DNA of 64,000 nt, taken from the NCBI GenBank assembly GCA_963675295.2, contig CAXXKJ010000002.1, positions 3,008,001-3,072,000 of the forward strand, given 5' to 3'. Position numbers and translations under genes: made by a program. Positions 29,330 to 40,031 of this stretch are shown here, one piece after another. Positions within the stretch are counted from its first letter, which is position 1; each line of letters starts with the position of its first letter. The notes beneath the pieces were generated by a model. That model had not been told where the DNA came from, did not search any database, and worked only from the letters and a program-made list of their open reading frames with translations. This DNA is from a bacterium. GTDB lineage: Bacteria; Electryoneota; Electryoneia; Electryoneales; Electryoneaceae.

Positions 29330-31048
29330 TTACCAGATCTTGTCGATCTCGGCGCCGGTGTAGAAGCGCTTGAGGATTTCGTCGTAGGTCATCCCGTCCA
29401 CAGCCATCGCGCCGGTAGCGGTCTGGTCGAGGCCGACGCCGTGCCCGAATCCACCGCCGATAAACGTGAGTTCGACCGGCTCGCCCATGTCGCCCATCAC
29501 CATGTCGACGACAAAGCACGAGCTGTACAGTGCGCTTTCACTCAACGCACGGCGGATGTTCAGCTCGCCGTGGATGATGTGATTACGATGGCTGCCGAGC
29601 AGTTCGAGTTCGACGATCCGTCCGGAGACACCGCGCTTTACAGGATGCACGGCGATCAGCGTACCGATGTCGAAGCCAAGCTTGCGCTTGAGAATGTCTT
29701 CCAGTTCACGCCGGGCGTAGGTCACTTCCCAGCGGAAATAGCGGGCGTTGCGGTCGAGAATGTCGATCCCGGTGCCGCGCGGATTGGACCACGAAACCGG
29801 GTGCGAACGGATCCATTTGTTGACATCGTCTTCGTTCGTAAGATCGTACTTGAACTTGCTCGGATCCTTTACCACGGGAATGCCTGTCAGATACGGCACC
29901 GCAGGCGGGTTCCAGAATTCCTGGCTTTCAGTGTGTCCGCCGCTGTTGGCGCAGAAGAACGCCTCACAGACGGTGTCACCGTATTTCAGAACCTGGCCAG
30001 CGGTTTCCTCCACGGCCCGGGTGGTGATATCATGATGCCGTGTGGTGCCGGAATACACCTGGAAGGCGACCGTCGCCGGGAAGTCGGCTGTGTCGGACGC
30101 CGGTCGTGTCGACAGCGTTGAAACGGTATAGCTGCGAGCCGCAACTGCCTGCGCCTTCAACGCTTCCAGCGGATAGCTGTGGTGCATCTCGGATGGTATC
30201 ACACCCTTGAGGTACTCGTCCAGCGGCAATTCATTGATTGCCATCAGGTTGCCGGTATTGCCGATCAGGACTTCGAGTGCGCCCTTGTAGGTACGATCCT
30301 CGGTGTGTTCCCAATGAAAGCCAACTCCGACACGGATCGAATAGACGGTGATTTCAGCGTCGCCGTCCGGTACGATCCGGAAGCCCTGCTTGACAATGGC
30401 AGAGCGGTCATACTCGGAATCATACACCTCGACCGTACCCTGCGCTTCCGTGATCCTGTGGCGGAGCACGTGCGGCGTCCAGGTTGTGTCGATTTCGTAC
30501 AACTTGTCGATCATCGGCCGGGCGTCGCTCTCGCGTTCGAACGCGCCGAGGATGACGCGCCAGACCTGACCGTGATGCACGAGAGTACCACCGATCCTAA
30601 TGTCGCGTCCGAGCGGCAGCACGCGTGCCTGATGGCCTTTGCTGGTCAACCGGTCCGCGATTTCGCGGGCGGCATCTTCATCGGTCAGGGTGTCCACAAG
30701 GACGCTGTAGACGTACTTGGCGGGTTCTGATTTATCAACCCTGCTTCGCCAGAGTAGATCAGACTCAATGCCGGTGAAAACCTTTTCGCCGGCGAGGTTG
30801 TAAATGCTGAACGATCCGGAAATGCGGAAATCAACGTGGCTGTAGCGTTCTAGCAGACGCACGCGTACCGTGGGTTCGGCCGCCGTCTCGACTGCCGCAT
30901 CAAGCTGAGGGGCATTGGAGTCGTGGTCCGGGGGAGAACTACCGGGCTGCTTTTTTGTCGACGCCATACTCGTCTCCAGCGCGAGGACCGTCCATAGCAT
31001 CAAGCATGCGAGCAAACTAATGATGAACCGTTTGTCAAACGTTCGCAT
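29330..31048 (-). CDS. SpoIID/LytB-domain lytic transglycosylase with an inserted SPOR-like domain
   Basis: YLKGVIPSEM, EALKAQAVAARSY, FQVY.G, SGGHTE, GGGFGHGVGL.Q.A. Start 31048 gives a signal peptide; 30967 is an alternative. Confidence 0.85.
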   Translation of the reverse strand: MRTFDKRFIISLLACLMLWTVLALETSMASTKKQPGSSPPDHDSNAPQLDAAVETAAEPTVRVRLLERYSHVDFRISGSFSIYNLAGEKVFTGIESDLLWRSRVDKSEPAKYVYSVLVDTLTDEDAAREIADRLTSKGHQARVLPLGRDIRIGGTLVHHGQVWRVILGAFERESDARPMIDKLYEIDTTWTPHVLRHRITEAQGTVEVYDSEYDRSAIVKQGFRIVPDGDAEITVYSIRVGVGFHWEHTEDRTYKGALEVLIGNTGNLMAINELPLDEYLKGVIPSEMHHSYPLEALKAQAVAARSYTVSTLSTRPASDTADFPATVAFQVYSGTTRHHDITTRAVEETAGQVLKYGDTVCEAFFCANSGGHTESQEFWNPPAVPYLTGIPVVKDPSKFKYDLTNEDDVNKWIRSHPVSWSNPRGTGIDILDRNARYFRWEVTYARRELEDILKRKLGFDIGTLIAVHPVKRGVSGRIVELELLGSHRNHIIHGELNIRRALSESALYSSCFVVDMVMGDMGEPVELTFIGGGFGHGVGLDQTATGAMAVDGMTYDEILKRFYTGAEIDKIW

Positions 31049-31147
31049 GCGACCGAGGCTGTATTCTCCTGGTCTCACCAACGTGTGAACCCTCCCCCCG
31101 GATAGCCCCACACGTGGAAAATTTATGTCAGTGGCATCAGCCACGTT

Positions 31148-32260
31148 CTAATCTTCGTTTTCGCGCGCGAGCCATCCCTTTTCGAGAAAGGCTGCGTGCA
31201 GCACACGGACCGCTTCATCGGCCTGTTCACGAGGCACGGCCAACCACAGTTCTGCTCCGGCGGAAACAATGCCCGCCACCGGGATGTTTGCGTCGAACAA
31301 GGTAACCGTCACACAACGGTGCAGACCCGGGGTATTCTCTCGTGCCTGAACGATGGTCAGCCCGCTGTAAATCCCCTCCTCTTTCGAGGCGGCAACCTCC
31401 CAGCAGAGCCAGGTTTCATCGCTGTGAATCAGGCGTTCCAGCTTGTACGCGTTTTCGGGTTCGACATCCTGGCGCGTCAACTTCAACCCATCGCGCCGTG
31501 CGATACCGACAATCGTCGGGCACCCGTAAGGGCGGTTTGTGATGATTGTTCCCACCTTGTCCGTGGTGGTTCTCCCGATACGCAAAGGTACTTGCTGCTC
31601 TCCTGCCAGTCGAGCCGCTTCGCTCTGGAGCACGCTGGAACCCCCACGCGCCATGCGTTGAGCGGTCTCATAGTCAATTTCGGTCAACAATTGCGCCTGA
31701 TCGACGATGCGCGGATCGGCGGTGAACATGCCGTCCACATCCTTCATCAGCTCGCATCGTTCCGCTCCGATCGCCTTCGCCAGCGCGATTGCGGTGAGGT
31801 CGCTGCCGCCACGTCCGAGGGTTGTAATCTCCTTCTGGATCGACACCCCCTGGAAGCCAGCGACGACCACCACCTGGTCATGTTCCAACGCTTCGAGCAG
31901 CCGTACCGGGCGCACATCGACAATATGCGCTTCTCCGTGCGCGGTGTCTGTGATGATGCCCACTTGGCTTCCGGTGTAGCTCACGGCCTTGACACCTTCG
32001 GCGTCCAGCGCCATCGCCAGTAATGAACAGGAGATGCGCTCTCCAACGGACAAAAGCATGTCCATTTCACGCTTCGGCGGATTCGGGTGCAGCTCGTTCG
32101 CCAGCGAGATGAATTCGTCCGTTGTCGCGGCCATCGCGGATACAACCACGACCACATCGTTACCTTCCTTTTTCAAGTCGGCGATGTGTTTCGCGACCAG
32201 CTTGATCTGCTCTGGCTGACGCAGGCTCGAGCCACCATATTTGCGCACGATGCGGCTCAT
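31148..32260 (-). CDS. lysC: Aspartate kinase
   Basis: KYGGSS, VVSAM..TTD, REMDMLLS.GE, AGFQG, TTLGRGGSD.TA, DVDG.FTADPR. Confidence 0.93.
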   Translation of the reverse strand: MSRIVRKYGGSSLRQPEQIKLVAKHIADLKKEGNDVVVVVSAMAATTDEFISLANELHPNPPKREMDMLLSVGERISCSLLAMALDAEGVKAVSYTGSQVGIITDTAHGEAHIVDVRPVRLLEALEHDQVVVVAGFQGVSIQKEITTLGRGGSDLTAIALAKAIGAERCELMKDVDGMFTADPRIVDQAQLLTEIDYETAQRMARGGSSVLQSEAARLAGEQQVPLRIGRTTTDKVGTIITNRPYGCPTIVGIARRDGLKLTRQDVEPENAYKLERLIHSDETWLCWEVAASKEEGIYSGLTIVQARENTPGLHRCVTVTLFDANIPVAGIVSAGAELWLAVPREQADEAVRVLHAAFLEKGWLARENED

Positions 32261-32970
32261 GCGTCCAACCCCAGCACGTCCGCCATGGTGTAGGCTCCAG
32301 ACGTTTTGCCCTTCATGAAACGCACCGCGGGCGCGACACCGCGCGCGAGGGCGGAACGTGAGGTGGCACGGTGCACCAGCTCCAGCGTCTCCCCTTCGGC
32401 GGCATAGATGACGCGATGTTCACCGACAACCTCGCCAATACGCTGCGACGTGGTCTGCGATTCCGCACCGACAGCGAGCAGCATCTCGTAGATCTTCTTC
32501 GCCGTGCCGGACGGTTGATCCAGCTTGTGCCGGTGGTGGACGTCGTGAATGCCGATATCGTAGTCTTTAAGCGCCTTTGCCGCACGGGTGGCGAGGTCGA
32601 AGAGAACGTTCATCCCCTGCGAGAGGTTCGGCGCGATCAGGTGTGCGTTTGTCAGGGAGTTGAGCGTCGCCAGTTGGTCATTGTTGAATCCGGTGGCACC
32701 GATCACGATCGGGAGGCCCTGCTGCTGCGCGCGCAGCGCGTGCTCGACCGCCCCTTCGGCGAGCGTGACGTCGACCCAGACATCCGCGGCGAAATCGGCG
32801 TCCGGCGAGTCCGCCTCGATGGTGCAGCCAGCAACGGTCGCTCCGGCTCTGGCGTCAATGTCGACAGCGTGCACGACGACGATGTCGTCCTCTTTCGCCA
32901 ACGATGACAGCACCTCGCTGCCCATTCTGCCCGCGGCACCGAACAGGCTGATCCGGATGGCTTCGCTCAT
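32257..32970 (-). CDS. dapB: 4-hydroxy-tetrahydrodipicolinate reductase
   Basis: GAAGRMG, IGATG, APNLS.G, HH..K.D.PSGTA, VGEH. Confidence 0.93.
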   Translation of the reverse strand: MSEAIRISLFGAAGRMGSEVLSSLAKEDDIVVVHAVDIDARAGATVAGCTIEADSPDADFAADVWVDVTLAEGAVEHALRAQQQGLPIVIGATGFNNDQLATLNSLTNAHLIAPNLSQGMNVLFDLATRAAKALKDYDIGIHDVHHRHKLDQPSGTAKKIYEMLLAVGAESQTTSQRIGEVVGEHRVIYAAEGETLELVHRATSRSALARGVAPAVRFMKGKTSGAYTMADVLGLDA

Positions 32971-32979
32971 GCGGTTTCC

Positions 32980-33885
32980 TCAGAGCAGACCGAGTTTACG
33001 CAAATCATTCTCGACGATTTCAATGTGCGTCGGGTTGGTCAACGGTGCCAGCGGCATGCGCACCGGACCCGACGGCAGCCCCAATCGGGACAGCACGTAT
33101 TTCGCCGGGGATGGGCTCGTTTCGATGAACAGACTACGAGACAGCGCGGCGAACCGCTGGTGCAGCTCGAACGCCCGGCTGTGATCGCCCTTTTCATGCG
33201 CGTTGAACTGTTCGACCACCAAGTCCGGCACCACGTTCGACAGCACCGACACCGCGCCGTTTCCGCCCACTTCCCAGATCGGCAGGTTGATGCCATCCTC
33301 GCCGGACAGGATCGGCGTCAGGTGGCCGAAGCGACGTGTCGCCTCCCATACCTGCGAGAGGTTGCCGGACGCTTCCTTCAACGCAGCGATCTCGGGGATT
33401 TCCAACAGACGTTCATACGTGTTCGGGGTCAGGTTGAGAGCGGTACGTCCGGGCACGTTGTACACCATCATCGGAAAGCCGGGGTTAACCTCGGCGACAT
33501 GGCCGAAGTGCCGCATCAGACCGTCCGCTGTCGGTTTGTTGTAATAGGGTGTGATCACCAGGCCGCCATCCGCGCCGATCTCCTTGGCCCTAGCCGTGCG
33601 TGCGGCGCTAGCCTCGGAGTTGTTGGTGCCGGTTCCGGCGACAACCCACGCCTTGCCGTCCGCGAGTTCCACGGCGATTTCGATCACCTTCGCCCATTCA
33701 TCCTGCGTCAGCGCCGGAGTTTCACCGGTGGTGCCGCAAGGTACGAGCCCGTGGATGCCGGCGTCGAGCTGACGCTTGATCAACGTGCGCAAACCCTGTT
33801 CATCCAGCGCGCCGGATTCGGTGAACGGAGTGACTATGGCGGTAAAAACGCCCTTCCACGGGGCGCGCTTCGGTGTCGCGGTCAT
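32980..33885 (-). CDS. dapA: 4-hydroxy-tetrahydrodipicolinate synthase
   Basis: TAIVTPF, CGTTGE, TPYYNKP, YNVPGRT, LKEASG, SGED. Confidence 0.96.
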   Translation of the reverse strand: MTATPKRAPWKGVFTAIVTPFTESGALDEQGLRTLIKRQLDAGIHGLVPCGTTGETPALTQDEWAKVIEIAVELADGKAWVVAGTGTNNSEASAARTARAKEIGADGGLVITPYYNKPTADGLMRHFGHVAEVNPGFPMMVYNVPGRTALNLTPNTYERLLEIPEIAALKEASGNLSQVWEATRRFGHLTPILSGEDGINLPIWEVGGNGAVSVLSNVVPDLVVEQFNAHEKGDHSRAFELHQRFAALSRSLFIETSPSPAKYVLSRLGLPSGPVRMPLAPLTNPTHIEIVENDLRKLGLL

Positions 33886-33909
33886 GATGCTCCTTCAGAC
33901 CCTGAGTGG

Positions 33910-35327
<1,418 letters not shown>

Positions 35328-35430
35328 GCGTATTTCCGTTTCTCACAAGGATTTGACCAAAGTGATGCTTGTCGTGTTGCTGAACGTTCAGGATAGTCGC
35401 GAACCGTTCGCTCATACGTGAACTGTTAGA

Positions 35431-35460
35431 TCTTACCACGGACTTAAGTCCGTGGTAAGA
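35431..35460. repeat. Perfect 30-bp palindrome, copy 3
   Basis: TCTTACCACGGACTTAAGTCCGTGGTAAGA. Confidence 0.95.
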
Positions 35461-35625
35461 ATCGGGATCACAATCGCATCCTGACGCAAACGTGTCCTGA
35501 CTCTTACGTGATCTGACACAAATGTGTCCTGACCCGCCGGTGGGGCAAAATAGACGCCTGCCCGGGTACAGGCAAGCGACGTGTGGGTATCAATCTCCGG
35601 ATGGAAACGGTCAAGCGGCGTCTGC

Positions 35626-36801
35626 TCAGTGCCAGAGCAGATGCATTTGACCCTCGTCATTAAAGTTCGCGTGGATCGGATCAATTTCCAGTCCCTGCGG
35701 GTCGTGCGTCAGGTAGATCTCTTTCACCAGCGCCCCGCCTCCGTGTTCGCTCGCCCGCCGCACGATCCCGGAGAAGCCGAGATACCGTCCAGTGCTGTTG
35801 GACTTGATCCTCACCCGGCTGCCGATTGGGAACCGTTGCAGCATCAGGCACAGTGTTTCCATGGCGTAGGTGTTGTACACCTGCTCGTTTCCAGCCGCCA
35901 TCTGTTCGACGCATGTCAGCAAGTCGCAGGAGAGCCCCGTGACCGGATCCAGACGCAAGCGTTCAAACCCGATGGCAGTGTTGACCAGCTCGGCCTGTGG
36001 CAGCATCGTTGAGGGCGACAGCCGCCGCTGCGGTCGTGGCGGTTGATCCGCTCCTTTCAATCCGCTCGGGAAACCACGGCCACTGTACCGTTCCTCCTGC
36101 TGCAGAATGATCTGGTTCTCGAGGTCGGCTTCCGGGTTGCTGCCGCGTACGATCATGCTGGCAAAGGTGGGATGCTCCCGTGCGACGACCTTCTCCAGAT
36201 CGGTTTGGCTGGTTTCCTCGATGGCGTACGATCCAAATACCGTCCGGCCAATGAAATGAATCAGCGCGGCCGAGGCGACGGCGGCCATGTCGCGGACGGG
36301 ATAGTTGAACTCATGGGCAAGAATCAGGCTCAGGCTGGCGCAACGGACCCCGAATTCGATCCACGCGTCCGGCGGAGCCTTCGGCATCGACAGCATCGTG
36401 GTTACCTGCTGGTGAGCGGCCTCGATCAGGATATCCTGCAGCTTGGTGAGGGTGGCGTGGTCGAGCGTGCTGCCTTCACGTGCCGGATGTTTGACCAGGG
36501 CGTCCGTTAACGCGTCATCCGCCCAATATTTGGTCACCGTCTCCGGCTTCGGTTGCTCGCTCATGCTGAGGCTGAGATCGATGTTGCGGGCGACGATCTC
36601 CCGGATGATCATCCCGGGAAAGAGGTCCTCCTCCCCCAGGTCCATCACAGGTACACGACCGGCGCTCAGTTCAGCCAGACGTTGCAAATGCTTCTTCTGC
36701 AAGCGGAAACCAGCAGGCGCGATAATAAGTCCATCATTGTCAAATTGGGTGCGACCGAGAACATCACCTTCCTTCAGTTCACCGACGGCGATCAGATGCA
36801 T
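35626..36801 (-). CDS. Degenerate HD-GYP-domain protein
   Basis: L..G..LG N-terminus, ALIHFIG, HP..A, QQEERYSGRGFPSGLKG, FPIGS.V. Confidence 0.75.
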   Translation of the reverse strand: MHLIAVGELKEGDVLGRTQFDNDGLIIAPAGFRLQKKHLQRLAELSAGRVPVMDLGEEDLFPGMIIREIVARNIDLSLSMSEQPKPETVTKYWADDALTDALVKHPAREGSTLDHATLTKLQDILIEAAHQQVTTMLSMPKAPPDAWIEFGVRCASLSLILAHEFNYPVRDMAAVASAALIHFIGRTVFGSYAIEETSQTDLEKVVAREHPTFASMIVRGSNPEADLENQIILQQEERYSGRGFPSGLKGADQPPRPQRRLSPSTMLPQAELVNTAIGFERLRLDPVTGLSCDLLTCVEQMAAGNEQVYNTYAMETLCLMLQRFPIGSRVRIKSNSTGRYLGFSGIVRRASEHGGGALVKEIYLTHDPQGLEIDPIHANFNDEGQMHLLWH

Positions 36802-36902
36802 CCCATTCCCCCATCTTCCCCGTAGACCCGAACCCTAAATAGTGTCATCCTCAGAAAGACAAAGGTAGAACGTGAAACGGCCCGGGTAAAGTGGGAGCAC
36901 GG

Positions 36903-37460
36903 TTACTCGTTGAAACCGGGAAGCTGGCGCAGACGGCTGGCCGCGAGCGGAACGACGAGGGCGAAGATGAGCGTATTGATCGCGATCTGCGTCAGGCTGA
37001 AGAGGATGCCGCCAATGAGGAAACCAATCAGTGTTGTTTCCGCTATCGGGGCGAACAGATAGAAAGACAGTGACAGGATCACCTGGTACAGCACAGTGAC
37101 AAACAACCCCATCAGGGCGAACAGTGCGATGCGGAGTTGGCCGGTGGAGCGGTTGAGGGGATGACGGACGAGCCCGAACAACAGGCCGTTGAGGCCCTGT
37201 CCGAGCATCTGGGCAACCCACATGGACGGAATTGCCATGCTCGACCCGAGCGGGTTCAGCGCGCCGAAGACACCGTATGCGACCACTCCGACGGTGAATC
37301 CGAAACCGGGCCCGAGCAACAAACCGGCGACCGCAACGGTGGCGGTCACCAGTTCGACATTTGGGATCGCAAAAAAGAGGTAGCCAAACGCCACCGCGGT
37401 AGCGGCGAGCATGGCTGCGCGGCTGACACGGCGTGCGAGCTGTGAGTCAAGGGACGGCAT
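36903..37460 (-). CDS. ECF transporter S component (substrate unknown)
   Basis: About 185 aa with multiple transmembrane segments; AAML.A helix 1, IPNVE, GLLLGP..G..VG, NPLG. Confidence 0.75.
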   Translation of the reverse strand: MPSLDSQLARRVSRAAMLAATAVAFGYLFFAIPNVELVTATVAVAGLLLGPGFGFTVGVVAYGVFGALNPLGSSMAIPSMWVAQMLGQGLNGLLFGLVRHPLNRSTGQLRIALFALMGLFVTVLYQVILSLSFYLFAPIAETTLIGFLIGGILFSLTQIAINTLIFALVVPLAASRLRQLPGFNE

Positions 37461-37475
37461 GGTTGCCGCCTGTGC

Positions 37476-37844
37476 TTAGCCCTTGCTCTTCTGCGGAGCG
37501 GTCTTCTCCCGGATACGCGCAGCTTTACCGACACGATCACGCAGATAATACAGCTTCGCGCGACGGACACGGCCCAGACGCTCGACTTCGATCTTCGCGA
37601 TGGTCGGGCTGTTGAACGGGAAAACACGTTCCACGCCGATACCGCTGGAGATTTTGCGAACGGTGAAGCTGCCGTGACCCAGACGGCCGCGAATACGGAT
37701 GACCGTACCACGGAAAATCTGGATACGTTCCTTGTTGCCTTCGATCACGCGCGTATGCACGCTGACGGTGTCTCCGGGGCCGAATTCGGGAACGTCAATG
37801 ATGTCTTCCCGGCGTTCGATCTCCTGAATCAGCAGGTCCGCCAT
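37476..37844 (-). CDS. rplS: 50S ribosomal protein L19
   Basis: [45 protein letters not shown]. Confidence 0.98.
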   Translation of the reverse strand: MADLLIQEIERREDIIDVPEFGPGDTVSVHTRVIEGNKERIQIFRGTVIRIRGRLGHGSFTVRKISSGIGVERVFPFNSPTIAKIEVERLGRVRRAKLYYLRDRVGKAARIREKTAPQKSKG

Positions 37845-37877
37845 GGTCTCACCTTCTATGCTGTGTGTTCTTCGAAA

Positions 37878-38600
37878 TCACTTGTTCTCGCCGCCGCCGT
37901 CCTGTTGACGGTCCAGCCAGCGCTGGTACAAATCCGGACGCAAACTCTTCGTGCGTTCGATCCGTTGTTCCAGCCGCCATTTCGCCACATTGGCGTGGTG
38001 GCCGCTGGTTAAAACTTCCGGCGCCGTTTCCCCATCCCACTCCGCGGGTTGCGTGTAGTGCGGATGATCGAGCAGACCGGAACTGAAGCTGTCCCCTGCC
38101 GCCGAATCGGGATCACCGAGCACGCCGGGCAGCAAACGTACGACAGAATCGACGATCACCGCCGCCGGCAGCTCTCCTCCGGTCAGGATGTAGTCGCCGA
38201 TGCTCAGCTCTTCATCCACAAACCGGTCGATCACCCGCTGGTCGACTCCCTTATAGTGTCCGCAAAGGAACGTCAATCGTTCACGTTGCGTCAACTCCTC
38301 GGCGATCTCCTGTGTCAGCACCCGTCCCTGGGGACTGGTCAGGATCACATGCGGTTTCGGCTCCGGACGTTTCTCACGCAGATCCGCCAACGCCTTCGCG
38401 ATTGGTTCCGCCTTGAGCACCATCCCGGGACCACCACCGAGGGGCCGGTCATCCGTGGTCGAATGCTTGTCCGTGGCGTAATCACGCAGCTGGATCAGGT
38501 GAAATTCGACAGATCCCGCCGCGACCGCCCGTTTCAACATCGACTCGTTGAGAATCGCCCCGATGCCTTCGGGAAACAGCGTCACAATTTCAATGATCAT
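37878..38600 (-). CDS. trmD: tRNA (guanine-N1)-methyltransferase
   Basis: TLFPE, DDRP.GGGPGMV, SPQG, CGHYKGVDQR, SIGDYILTGGE, HYTQP, SGHH. Confidence 0.97.
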   Translation of the reverse strand: MIIEIVTLFPEGIGAILNESMLKRAVAAGSVEFHLIQLRDYATDKHSTTDDRPLGGGPGMVLKAEPIAKALADLREKRPEPKPHVILTSPQGRVLTQEIAEELTQRERLTFLCGHYKGVDQRVIDRFVDEELSIGDYILTGGELPAAVIVDSVVRLLPGVLGDPDSAAGDSFSSGLLDHPHYTQPAEWDGETAPEVLTSGHHANVAKWRLEQRIERTKSLRPDLYQRWLDRQQDGGGENK

Positions 38601-39309
38601 CGGGCGGCTCTGGTTTTTCTTCCCGCCGCTCGGGCCGTTGGATCCGATGGCGTGAACGGCTGGAACTCCGTCCACTGCCCCGAACCTCGGGATCCGCTTT
38701 GTCCTGTTCCTCTGGCAGCAAACCTTCGGGTAACGTCACCCGGATCTGCTTCTTATCGATGTCGATCTCATCGATCACGTCATGGATCGCCGGGATCAGC
38801 ACCTCGCCGTGCGGACCATCCACCTGCCACACATCGTTCGCGGGCAGGTCCATCACGTCGTTGATCGTGCCGAGGTCGCCATTCACCGTGCAGGTGACCC
38901 GGCAACCAACCAGATCGTCAACGTAGTACAGATCGTCCGGGAGTTCATCCCGGTCAGCCTGATCAATGAACAGGCGCCCGTTGATCAATGGCTCAACGAA
39001 CTCCCGTACCGGCGCTTCCATGAACCTCAGGTAGACCGCGCCGGGTTCAATGCGCACACGCTTCGGTGTCAGCCAGTGGATGCGGCCGTCAACACTTTCG
39101 AGCCACACTCTGTCGAGTTCGGCGAACCGTTCAGGCCGCCACGTCAACGGCTGCACCTTCAGATCTCCCTTGAGGCCATGCGCCTTGACCACCTGTCCGA
39201 TGGTAACCCTTCGGTCAGGTTCAGGCGGCTCCGGAATGTCGAATTCGGGAGTAGTATCCTCCGGATCGACCGGAAACCCTGGCGGGAGATCGTCACGTGT
39301 GTTCATCAT
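38590..39309 (-). CDS. rimM: 16S rRNA processing protein with N- and C-terminal extensions
   Basis: IGQVVKAHGLKG, YYVDDLVG, ANDV, EVLIP, LPEGLL; sits between rpsP and trmD. Confidence 0.92.
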   Translation of the reverse strand: MMNTRDDLPPGFPVDPEDTTPEFDIPEPPEPDRRVTIGQVVKAHGLKGDLKVQPLTWRPERFAELDRVWLESVDGRIHWLTPKRVRIEPGAVYLRFMEAPVREFVEPLINGRLFIDQADRDELPDDLYYVDDLVGCRVTCTVNGDLGTINDVMDLPANDVWQVDGPHGEVLIPAIHDVIDEIDIDKKQIRVTLPEGLLPEEQDKADPEVRGSGRSSSRSRHRIQRPERREEKPEPPDDH

Positions 39310-39324
39310 CGGAATCGGACGAGC

Positions 39325-40020
39325 TTATTCGCTCTTCTTCTCGTCCTCATCGCCGTCGGCCTTCTTCTCGTCAGCCTTGGCTTCTTCCGCCGGTTTGTCA
39401 GCCTTCGGCTCGTCGGCGGCTTCCTTGGCCGGAGCGTCTTCCTTCTTCTCCTCGGCCTTGGTTTCCTTCTTCGGCTCTTCCGGCTTTTCCTCGGCCTTGG
39501 CTTCGGCCTTGGCATCAGCCTTGTCGTCCGCCTTCTCGTCCGGCTTGGCTTCTTCCGCCGTTTCGTCAGCCTTCGGCTCGTCGGCGGCTTCCTCAGCCTT
39601 TTCTTCCTTGGCTTCGGCCTTCTTGTCCTTCTTCGGCTCCGGCGGTTCGATCGGTTCCGGGTCCTTCGGGACGTACTTGTCCTTGGCCTTCGGCTGCGGA
39701 TTCTTCTTGTCCCGGTGCTGCTGCACCTGGGCTTCGATCTCCGGCTGCGCGGTTTCCTGCTTGATCAGGTCCCAGCGCAACAGGACGCCGTCCTTGGTGA
39801 ACAGGCGTTTGACGGTGTCGCTCATCTGCGCACCAACCTCGAGCCACTTGATCGCGGCGTCGTGGTCCACGACGAGGGTGATCGGGTTGGTCAGCGGATC
39901 GTAATGACCAATCTTCTCGATGTACTTGCCATCACGGCGCGTACGCTTATCGAGCGCGACGATCCGGTAGAAGGGACGCTTTTTGCGGCCCATCCGGGTC
40001 AGTCTCAGCATGACTGCCAC
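39325..40020 (-). CDS. rpsP: 30S ribosomal protein S16 with a long Ala/Glu/Lys/Asp tail
   Basis: RL.RMGRKKRPFYRIV..D.R..RDG..IE.IG.YDP and W..VGAQ.SDTV. Confidence 0.97.
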   Translation of the reverse strand: MAVMLRLTRMGRKKRPFYRIVALDKRTRRDGKYIEKIGHYDPLTNPITLVVDHDAAIKWLEVGAQMSDTVKRLFTKDGVLLRWDLIKQETAQPEIEAQVQQHRDKKNPQPKAKDKYVPKDPEPIEPPEPKKDKKAEAKEEKAEEAADEPKADETAEEAKPDEKADDKADAKAEAKAEEKPEEPKKETKAEEKKEDAPAKEAADEPKADKPAEEAKADEKKADGDEDEKKSE

Positions 40021-40031
40021 GTGCTTCCTCC

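Noticed and set aside
28550-30121. 523-aa plus-strand ORF (similarly 2814-4022, 60824-62452 and many shorter track ORFs)
   Set aside because: Each lies antisense to a well-supported gene and has no recognisable motifs.
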